32,000 nt of DNA, taken from contig JADJRB010000010.1 in NCBI GenBank assembly GCA_016712445.1, positions 85,778 through 117,777 of the forward strand, read 5' to 3'. Shown here one piece after another: positions 15,134 to 21,335 of this stretch. A program made the position numbers and the translations under genes. The notes below the pieces were generated by a model that saw nothing but the letters and a program-made list of their open reading frames with translations, was not told where the DNA came from and did no database searches. This DNA is from Acidobacteriota bacterium. Its GTDB lineage: Bacteria; Pseudomonadota; Alphaproteobacteria; Caulobacterales; Hyphomonadaceae. Numbering within the stretch: the stretch's first letter is position 1; each line of letters opens with the position of its first letter.

Positions 15134-16006
15134 TCAGCCCTTGCGCCCGCCCGCCTTGAAATAATCCAGCGTCCCGCGCGTGATCACCCGGTCGCCGGCG
15201 ACCACATCGCGGGCCTCGAAAACCGGCAGGCCCTTCACGTCGGCGTAGACGGTGCCGAAATCCTTGTAGCAGGCCTCCAGCAGCGCCTCGAAACTGTCGA
15301 TGACGAAATAGGTCTGCTGGAAATCGTCGATGATGTATTTCGTCCGCATCAGACGCTTCAGGTCAAACCCGATCCGGTTGGGGCTTGCGTCTTCCAGCGC
15401 GAACACCGTTTCGTGCGGGCTCGACAGGATGCCCGCGCCATAGATGCGCAAACCGTCCGTCTCCTGAATAAGTCCGAACTCCACCGTGTACCAGTAAAGC
15501 CGCGCGAGGTTGTGCAGCTGGCCAAGGCGCATCGCCCGCTGTCCGCCCTTGCCATAGGCTTCCATGAAATCGGCAAACACCGGGTTCGCCAGCATCGGCA
15601 CATGCCCGAAGATGTCGTGGAAGATGTCCGGTTCCTGCAGGTAATCGAACTCCGCCTCGGGGCGGATGAATGCGCCTGCCGGGAAGCGGCGGTTGGCGAG
15701 ATGGTTGAAGAAGATGTCGTCCGGCACAAGCTCCGCCACCGGCACGATCCGCCAGCCGGTCATCGCTTCCAGCTTGTCCGACAGCCGGCCCATGTGGGGA
15801 ATGCCGGAGGGCGAAAGCTCCAGCGCGCTCATCGCGTCGAGCGCCGCCTGGCAGGCCCGGCCCTTCGTCACCTCGCGCTGGCGGCGGAACAGCCGGTCCC
15901 AGCGATCATGCTCCTCGGGGCTGTAGGTGTCCCAGGCCTGGTCGATGGTGAAATCGGGCGCGCGCGGCGCGCCGTGATAGCGATTCTTTGCAAAGGCCGT
16001 GTCCAT
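15134..16006 (-). CDS. phhA: Phenylalanine 4-monooxygenase
   Basis: 290 aa with the aromatic amino acid hydroxylase core: PDIFHDIFGHVPMLANPVFADFMEAYG...LARLYWYTVEFGLI...IYGAGILSS. The iron ligands His-His-Glu sit in their usual context. Confidence 0.9.
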   Translation of the reverse strand: MDTAFAKNRYHGAPRAPDFTIDQAWDTYSPEEHDRWDRLFRRQREVTKGRACQAALDAMSALELSPSGIPHMGRLSDKLEAMTGWRIVPVAELVPDDIFFNHLANRRFPAGAFIRPEAEFDYLQEPDIFHDIFGHVPMLANPVFADFMEAYGKGGQRAMRLGQLHNLARLYWYTVEFGLIQETDGLRIYGAGILSSPHETVFALEDASPNRIGFDLKRLMRTKYIIDDFQQTYFVIDSFEALLEACYKDFGTVYADVKGLPVFEARDVVAGDRVITRGTLDYFKAGGRKG

Positions 16007-16030
16007 GGCGCCAGTATAGGCCGGACCGCC

Positions 16031-16054
16031 AATTAGTTCCAGATGTAACTAATT
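16031..16054. promoter_or_regulatory. AT-rich perfect inverted repeat AATTAGTT-N8-AACTAATT between fliN stop and phhA start
   Basis: The arms are at 16031-16038 and 16047-16054, 25 nt upstream of the phhA ATG (16006) and 9 nt after the fliN stop. It is strikingly AT-rich for this genome. Confidence 0.35.
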
Positions 16055-16062
16055 TCGGGGCT

Positions 16063-16329
16063 TCAGTTGACCGAACGGGCGTCCACGATCTCGGTCAGCG
16101 TCACGCCCAGTTCACCGTCGGCCACCACCAGCTTGCCGCGCGCGATCAGGCGGCCGGAAACGTAGATATCCACCGGCTCGCCGGTCTCCTTCTGCATCGT
16201 CAGCACATCGCCGGGCGCCAGCGCCATCAGCTCTTCCATCGTCAGGCGCACATCGCCGAGCACGACCTCAACGCGCACCGGCACGTCGAGCAGCATCCGG
16301 TGGAAGGCGGGGTTGGTCTGTTCGGTCAT
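16063..16329 (-). CDS. fliN: Flagellar motor switch protein FliN (short form, SpoA domain)
   Basis: 88 aa: LLDVPVRVEVVLGDVRLTMEELMALAPGDVLTMQKETGEPVDIYVSGRLIARGKLVVADGELGVTLTEIV. This is the canonical FliN/SpoA C-terminal domain. Its ATG overlaps the upstream stop (ATGA). Confidence 0.85.
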   Translation of the reverse strand: MTEQTNPAFHRMLLDVPVRVEVVLGDVRLTMEELMALAPGDVLTMQKETGEPVDIYVSGRLIARGKLVVADGELGVTLTEIVDARSVN

Positions 16330-16733
16330 GTCTGTCCTTCCCTGGACGAAGCGGCCGGGGGAAACAAGTCGCCCTGCCCACTGACGATGCGCGCTGCAGC
16401 CCCATCAATCAGGCTGCGCAGCCGTGTCTCGGTCACCGCATGATACTGCGCTGCGCCGATCAGGCCCATCACCTGCGTGATCTCCTCCAGCGCCTGCGAA
16501 AGTTCCGCGCTCACGGCCGCCAGACGTTCGCTTTCGCTATCGGCCCGGCGCTGTTCAACTTCCGCCAGCGTTTCGGCCCGCACCTGCGTGATCAGCGCGG
16601 CCAGTTCTTCGCCGCTGAAGCTGACGCGCGTGTCGGCTTCGCTGGCCACTTCCTTTGCCGGTTCGGGCTGCGCACCGAAATCGGCGCGAAAGTCGAACGC
16701 GGTCACGGACTTGATGGCGCGCACATTGCTCAT
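16326..16733 (-). CDS. Flagellar assembly protein in the FliH/FlbE position (family not confidently recognised)
   Basis: 135 aa with strong GC3 bias. A central Glu/Ala/Arg-rich helical stretch (EELAALITQVRAETLAEVEQRRADSESERLAAVSAELSQALEEI) is reminiscent of the FliH N-terminal coiled coil. The gene overlaps both neighbours by 4 nt. The assignment rests mainly on position between fliG and fliN. Confidence 0.45.
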   Translation of the reverse strand: MSNVRAIKSVTAFDFRADFGAQPEPAKEVASEADTRVSFSGEELAALITQVRAETLAEVEQRRADSESERLAAVSAELSQALEEITQVMGLIGAAQYHAVTETRLRSLIDGAAARIVSGQGDLFPPAASSREGQT

Positions 16734-17644
16734 TCGATCAGGTCGTCTTCCTTGCCGGCCTTGCCGGCGCGGATCTCGCCGCGCTCGATCAGCTGGCGGG
16801 CGAGCGCCACGAGTTCGCCGCGCGCGGCTTCGACATCGGCGCGCCGCACGCTGCCGAGCGCCGCGATTTCCTCGCGCAGCAGTTCGCCTGCGCGCTGGGT
16901 GACGTTGGCGAAGAAGGCCGCCGCCGTCGCCGGTTTCGCGGCCTTCAGGGCGAGCACCAGCACCGCGCGGTTGGCTCCGGCCAACAGCGTCTGCATGCCG
17001 GCCGCGTCGAGCGACGCAAGGTCGTCGAAGGTGAACATCAGGGAACGGACTTTCTCGCCCGCGCCCGGTTCGGATTTTTCCAGCGCCGCAAGGAAGAGAT
17101 TGCCCGCGCGCGGATCAAGACGATCAAAGATGCGCGCGATCCGCTCGACGCCCGGCTGCCCGCCATCACGCGACAGTGCGGCGACGCGGCCCTTGAGATG
17201 CTGTTCCAGCCCGGCCATCGCGGCGGGGTGCACTTCGCCGAGATGCAGCAGGCGCTGCATCGCCTCGATCGCCAGCGAAGGCGGCAAGGCGCGCAGCAGC
17301 CGCGCGGCCGCCTCACCTGAAAGCCGCGACAGGATGAGCGCGACGACCTGCGCCCGCTCGTGACGCGTCAGGACAGCAAGCAGGTTGGTATCAAGCGCCG
17401 ACAGTTCGGCCCACACACCTGCACCGCTCGTGGCGCGCTGGGTTTCGGTGAAGCGGCGCAGCGCATCGGCTTCGCCGTCGGCATCGTCGCCGACCTGATC
17501 CATCGCAGCGCTGAGCTGCGCGGCCTCCTGCGGATCAAGTTGCGCCCAGACCGCCGCAGCTTCGGCGCCAAGCGCCCGCATCAGGCGGGCCGACCGGGCA
17601 AGGCCGGGCGCGAGGATGGAAGCCGGTTTGGCCAGCGCGCTCAC
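16730..17644 (-). CDS. fliG: Flagellar motor switch protein FliG
   Basis: 304 aa. Middle-domain motifs are AQVVALILSRLSGEAAARLLRALPPSLAIEAMQRL. The C-terminus reads SLMFTFDDLASLD...VTQRAGELLREEIAALGSVRRADVEAARGELVALARQLIERGEI, which keeps the charged torque-helix pattern (R, EE, R). The GTG start overlaps the upstream stop (GTGA). Confidence 0.85.
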   Translation of the reverse strand: MSALAKPASILAPGLARSARLMRALGAEAAAVWAQLDPQEAAQLSAAMDQVGDDADGEADALRRFTETQRATSGAGVWAELSALDTNLLAVLTRHERAQVVALILSRLSGEAAARLLRALPPSLAIEAMQRLLHLGEVHPAAMAGLEQHLKGRVAALSRDGGQPGVERIARIFDRLDPRAGNLFLAALEKSEPGAGEKVRSLMFTFDDLASLDAAGMQTLLAGANRAVLVLALKAAKPATAAAFFANVTQRAGELLREEIAALGSVRRADVEAARGELVALARQLIERGEIRAGKAGKEDDLIE

Positions 17645-18288
17645 GAGGCATCCCCCTTGATCCAGCCGCGCACGATCGCAGCCGCTTGCGCGGGATCGCG
17701 CCGGGCAAGGTCGACGGCGGCGTCCGGAACGGCCACCGGCCGCAGCGGTCGCACGCGCTCCGGCGCGCTTGAAACAATAGGTGGATCGATAACCTGCGAG
17801 ACCGGCCCGGCGACGGGCGCCGACTTGCCTGACAGGACCGCGAGGGCGCCGCTGACGAGAACGAGCAAGGCAAGCCCTGCCAGTTCGGTCCAGGCCGCAG
17901 CGTCGGGCCGGCCCGGAAGGCCGCCCGCGAAAGCGATGGTTTCAATCACGAGACGGTCGCCCTGCGCCGGGTTGATGCCGGCCGCGAGGGCGGCAATGCG
18001 CTGCAGGTCCGGAATGCGGTCCGAGGCGGTTTCATCGAGGAGGAGGAGGACCGTGCGGCCGCCCTCGGCATTGTAGGTAACGCTGAGGCGCGACAGGCCG
18101 GGACCGGCGACCGGCGCCAGGACATCCGCCAAAGCCGCTTCGACCGGGCTCGCTGATACCGGCTTGCCCGGCCCGGTCAGCAGGACAGCGCCGCGCCAGA
18201 CGAGCAGGCCAAGCGCCACGGCGCAGGCCAGCATCGCCAGCGGGCGCGCCAGTCCGGCCGTTCCTGCAGGTTTGCCAAGCGCCATCAT
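17641..18288 (-). CDS. Miniature FliF-like M-ring protein (TM - single ring-building-motif-like domain - TM - FliG-binding-like tail)
   Basis: 215 aa from ATG 18288 (the track ORF starts at TTG 18309). Layout: TM1 LARPLAMLACAVALGLLVW; a periplasmic segment of ~95 aa with VEAALADVLAPVAGPG..LSVTY, RTVLLLLDE and IAALAAGINPAQGDRLVIETIAF, resembling the beginning and end of FliF RBM3; TM2 WTELAGLALLVLVSGALAVL; and a tail ending DPAQAAAIVRGWIKGD. It occupies the fliF position directly upstream of fliG. The family call is by eye only. Confidence 0.55.
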   Translation of the reverse strand: MMALGKPAGTAGLARPLAMLACAVALGLLVWRGAVLLTGPGKPVSASPVEAALADVLAPVAGPGLSRLSVTYNAEGGRTVLLLLDETASDRIPDLQRIAALAAGINPAQGDRLVIETIAFAGGLPGRPDAAAWTELAGLALLVLVSGALAVLSGKSAPVAGPVSQVIDPPIVSSAPERVRPLRPVAVPDAAVDLARRDPAQAAAIVRGWIKGDAS

Positions 18289-18344
18289 GCTCTCCGGGGC
18301 CAGCCGCAAGGCTGGCAGATTCCCGGAAAGCTAGAAGGCCAGCC

Positions 18345-18359
18345 TTAAGGCAGGTTTAA
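18345..18359. promoter_or_regulatory. Perfect CtrA-type box TTAA-N7-TTAA upstream of the fliF-like operon
   Basis: TTAA (18345-18348), GGCAGGT, TTAA (18356-18359). It lies 57-71 nt upstream of ATG 18288. It is the only perfect TTAA-N7-TTAA that I found in the window. A GANTC site (GATTC, 18318-18322) lies between the box and the start codon. Confidence 0.55.
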
Positions 18360-18375
18360 CAAGGCAAACAACGCC

Positions 18376-18648
18376 TTAACGGCGGTATTGCTGGAGGCGC
18401 GTGGTGCGAAGGCCTTTGGCGCCGTGACGGGCGTAGAGGCGTTCCCAGCCTTCGAACTCTTCGTCCGTAAGGTTGTAGCGTTCGCAGGCGTTTTCGCGGG
18501 TCAGGAGGCCGCCCTGCACGGCGGCGACGACTTCCGCCTTGCGGCGGGTGACCCATCGGGAAATGCCGGGCGACGGCAAATCGGCGAGCGTGAGGGTCTG
18601 GCCATCCGGGCCTTTGACACTCATCGGGCGTGCATTCTGCATGTTCAT
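18376..18648 (-). CDS. sciP: DUF1153 protein, SciP-like small CtrA-inhibitor-type transcription factor
   Basis: GPDGQTLTLADLPSPGISRWVTRRKAEVVAAVQGGLLTRENACERYNLTDEEFEGWERLYARHGAKGLRTTRLQQYR matches the DUF1153/SciP pattern as I recall it. I prefer ATG 18648 (90 aa; GGAAGGG lies 7 nt upstream) over the track start 18699. Confidence 0.7.
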   Translation of the reverse strand: MNMQNARPMSVKGPDGQTLTLADLPSPGISRWVTRRKAEVVAAVQGGLLTRENACERYNLTDEEFEGWERLYARHGAKGLRTTRLQQYRR

Positions 18649-18870
18649 GTTCAAACCCTTCCAGGTCCAGTGGTGATCTCCCCGCTTCTGCGAGGCCATG
18701 AGATCACCCTACACGCACCGGTTTAAGCCCGGCCTTGACTTGGAAGTTGAGTTTGGCCGCCCCTGTTAGGAGGCTGTTCGGAAAACTGTTCCGCGCCGGG
18801 ACAATCGCGCCAAATGGGGCAAAACATCGACTGGCAGCAGGAAGTTTCGCGGTTTGCGTGCCAGTCCGTC

Positions 18871-18906
18871 AATAAAACGCCCGGCTGCGGGTTTCGCAGC
18901 CGGGCG
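18871..18906 (-). terminator. Rho-independent terminator of the HU-like gene
   Basis: The stem is CGCCCGGCTGC (18878-18888) / GCAGCCGGGCG (18896-18906). On the minus strand it is followed by TTTTATT. It lies 26 nt after the stop at 18932. Confidence 0.65.
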
Positions 18907-18931
18907 CAAATTCCTGGCGTTCTGGCTAAGC

Positions 18932-19330
18932 CTAGAGGACGCGGTCTTTCAGGTCCTTCGAAGGACGGAAGGCAACTTTCTTCGAAGCCTTGATCTTGAT
19001 CGACTCGCCGGTGGCCGGGTTGCGGCCGTTGCGGGCCGGGCGCTTGCGGACCTGCAGGATGCCGAGGCCGGAGATGCGCAGCTTCTTGCCCTTCTTGAGG
19101 TAGCCGCCCATGCGGTCGATGAAATCGGTGACGACGGCTTCAGCCTGTTTCTTCGGCATCGCGTGAGCTTCCGACAGCTCGGCGGCGAGATGCTTGACGG
19201 TCATCACGTCAGACGCAGTGGCTTTCTTGGCCGCAGCTGCTTTTGCCGGCGCTTTCTTTGCCGGGGCTTTCTTTGCAGGCGCTTTTGCGGCCGGCGATTT
19301 CTTTGCCGGGGCTTTCGGTTTAACGGCCAT
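18932..19330 (-). CDS. HU/IHF-family DNA-binding protein with N-terminal Lys/Ala/Pro-rich (histone H1-like) extension
   Basis: 132 aa. The N-terminus, MAVKPKAPAKKSPAAKAPAKKAPAKKAPAKAAAAKKATAS, is followed by an HU fold: MTVKHLAAELSEAHAMPKKQAEAVVTDFIDRMGGYLKKGKKLRISGLGILQVRKRPARNGRNPATGESIKIKASKKVAFRPSKDLK. An SD (AAGGAA) precedes ATG 19330. Confidence 0.85.
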   Translation of the reverse strand: MAVKPKAPAKKSPAAKAPAKKAPAKKAPAKAAAAKKATASDVMTVKHLAAELSEAHAMPKKQAEAVVTDFIDRMGGYLKKGKKLRISGLGILQVRKRPARNGRNPATGESIKIKASKKVAFRPSKDLKDRVL

Positions 19331-19610
19331 GTCTGTTTCCTTTGTTGGACAGTGGAACTGAAACGCAACCTCGAAACGGGATTTCTTCGGCTGCAAACGG
19401 AACGGTAGAGATAATCGACTGAGAGCGGCAGGGCATAACTTCGCTTGCAGGCGGGCGCAAGAGGCCCAATTCGGTTGATGAAAACCCAATTTATCGCCGG
19501 AAAACCCAGCAAAACATGCTTTGCCGCCTGCGCGGAAGGCGCCGCCCCGAATCAGGGAGCATCCGGCAAAGGCCAGATTCCATCCGTGAGCGGATTTTCT
19601 GGCAGCGCGC

Positions 19611-20702
19611 CTAGGCGAGCGACTTCAACAGCTCGAGACCATTGTTCTCGCGCACCTGCGCGGCGTGGCGGCGCAGCATGGTGAGGAACATCTCGTCGCC
19701 GCGCTCTGTCTGCTTCACGATCATCGCGGCCGCGAAGGCCACAGAGATGCCGTAGAAGGTGAACCAGCGATAATGCGTATAGAGATCATCAAAGCTGTAG
19801 CTGGTGATGCCTTCGGCCCGCAGCGCATTGTGGTAATGGCGCAGCAGCATCTGCTCATGCTTGGGGCGTTCCTCGCGCGTCAGGCCTGCACCGATGAAAT
19901 AGGCAACGTCATTGGCCGGCGCGCCCTTGCCGGCGGTCTGCCAGTCGACCACCGCCAGCGGCTTCTTCGCGCCGGGCTTGCCGAACAGCATGTTGTCGAG
20001 CCGGTAGTCCGAATGCGTCAGCGCATGCGGGCCCTGATAGGCATCACCCCATTTCGGCAGGCTGGCCGCATACGCATCGCCGACCTCGATCTGCTCGGCA
20101 TTGATCTGCGCCGCATACCGGTCCTTGAAGCCGAGCCACAGGCCGGCGATCTGTTCCGGACCGAGCCCCGGCGGGGGCGCCTTCGCGGACCCCTGCAGCC
20201 AGTCGTGTTCGTCGAGCACGGGATCTTCCCAATGCGCGGCATGCAGGACTGCGGCCGCTTCCATGGCGAGCTTTGCCTCGTCGACGCCGCAACCTTTCAG
20301 CTGGTCGCCCTGCTCCGACGGCGCCATGTCTTCCATGATCAGCGCGAACCGGTTGGTTTCCGGGTCATAGTCCGTGTACAGTGCATCCGGCGTGATGCGG
20401 CCGGCGACTTTCGGAAACGTGCGGTAAAACATCACTTCGCGCTTGTAATGGTTGAGCATTTTGGCGGTCATGATGCTGAGCTCGTTGGCCGACGGGAATT
20501 TGCCCACCAGCGTTTTCGGCGCGTTCGCCCCGGCGCGCGCATAGTCGAACACGAAGCGCACGTTCTCGCCGATCTGCCCGGTGCCGATCGACTTCGAGGT
20601 CAGGGAGCGCACCTCGCCGTCAATCCCGATCTCGCCAAACAGCGTGTTGAACCAGTCCGGGCCAAGCTCAAGCGGGTTCGTGTCGAGGCCGGGTCGGCTC
20701 AT
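19611..20702 (-). CDS. Phosphotransferase family protein (APH/choline-kinase-like fold)
   Basis: 363 aa. The catalytic-loop-like sequence HSDYRLDNMLF is followed by VVDWQTAGKG, the Brenner/APH-type motifs. Confidence 0.7.
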   Translation of the reverse strand: MSRPGLDTNPLELGPDWFNTLFGEIGIDGEVRSLTSKSIGTGQIGENVRFVFDYARAGANAPKTLVGKFPSANELSIMTAKMLNHYKREVMFYRTFPKVAGRITPDALYTDYDPETNRFALIMEDMAPSEQGDQLKGCGVDEAKLAMEAAAVLHAAHWEDPVLDEHDWLQGSAKAPPPGLGPEQIAGLWLGFKDRYAAQINAEQIEVGDAYAASLPKWGDAYQGPHALTHSDYRLDNMLFGKPGAKKPLAVVDWQTAGKGAPANDVAYFIGAGLTREERPKHEQMLLRHYHNALRAEGITSYSFDDLYTHYRWFTFYGISVAFAAAMIVKQTERGDEMFLTMLRRHAAQVRENNGLELLKSLA

Positions 20703-21316
20703 GGGGCGGTTTCCTCTGTTGTCGGAGCATCCGGGCGGGCGCGCCCGGTGAATTTTCGGAACTGGCCGAGGCGTTCCTCGGCGCGGCGCAGGCCCTTGTC
20801 GAGCGCGGCCATGGTCAGCGCGAAATCGCCGTTCGTCTCACGCCGCCAGGCACGCTCGGCCTGCGCGATCACGAAAGCGATGGCGATGCGCTTCAAGCTG
20901 GCTGGCGCGCCGCTGTCATTGTCGAGCCCGGCCGAGGCGAGCGCCCAGGCGGCGGTCGCGTGGCGATGGACCGGCAGGTTCACGAGATGGGTCAGCGAGG
21001 TTTCGCGGAACTTCATCAGCGCGGTCAGGCCGGCGCGGTATTTCTCCATCGCCTCGAAGCGCAGCATGATGACATCGAACAGACGCTCGCGCGCGGATGT
21101 CTCCTCCGGCACGCCCTCCGCCGACATCGCCTTGTCGAACCAGCCGTCGAGCGCCTCGACGAGGTCTTCGCGCGCGGCGACGCCGTGAAAGTCCGAAAGC
21201 TGCAGCTTCGCCTTCGCCGCAATGTCCGCCAGCGGAATATCCGACCAGGCGCGCGACGCGGCGAGCTCAAGGGCTGCCTTCAGCCCCTTCTCGATGATCT
21301 TCTCAGACGTGGCCAA
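20699..21316 (-). CDS. TetR-fold protein (degenerate HTH; COQ9-like/TetR family, uncertain)
   Basis: The N-terminus IIEKGLKAALELAASRAWSDIPLADIAAKAKLQLSDFHGV follows the TetR N-terminal spacing but lacks the typical basic recognition helix. The stop overlaps the start of the downstream phosphotransferase gene by 4 nt. Confidence 0.4.
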   Translation of the reverse strand: MATSEKIIEKGLKAALELAASRAWSDIPLADIAAKAKLQLSDFHGVAAREDLVEALDGWFDKAMSAEGVPEETSARERLFDVIMLRFEAMEKYRAGLTALMKFRETSLTHLVNLPVHRHATAAWALASAGLDNDSGAPASLKRIAIAFVIAQAERAWRRETNGDFALTMAALDKGLRRAEERLGQFRKFTGRARPDAPTTEETAP

Positions 21317-21335
21317 GGGCCAGGCCTCCCGGGGT

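Noticed and set aside
15119-17363. Plus-strand ORFs 15119-16036, 15988-16443 and 16440-17363 opposite phhA and the flagellar genes
   Set aside because: They are antisense to genes with unambiguous PhhA, FliN and FliG motifs. These are shadow ORFs.
17641-18375. Idea that the short fliF-like gene is a frameshifted pseudogene of a full-length fliF
   Set aside because: Only 66 nt separate it from the upstream SciP-like gene, so the missing ~1 kb is simply not present. The remaining ORF is intact, overlaps fliG by GTGA and has normal codon bias. A clean ancient deletion cannot be excluded.
18723-18737. TTAA-N7-CTTG upstream of the SciP-like gene as a CtrA box
   Set aside because: Only one half-site matches. 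It is mentioned in a finding but not annotated as a feature.
19665-21188. 507-aa plus-strand ORF spanning the phosphotransferase and TetR-fold genes
   Set aside because: It crosses two well-supported minus-strand genes and their 4-nt junction. The product is Arg/Ala-rich with no recognisable domain.
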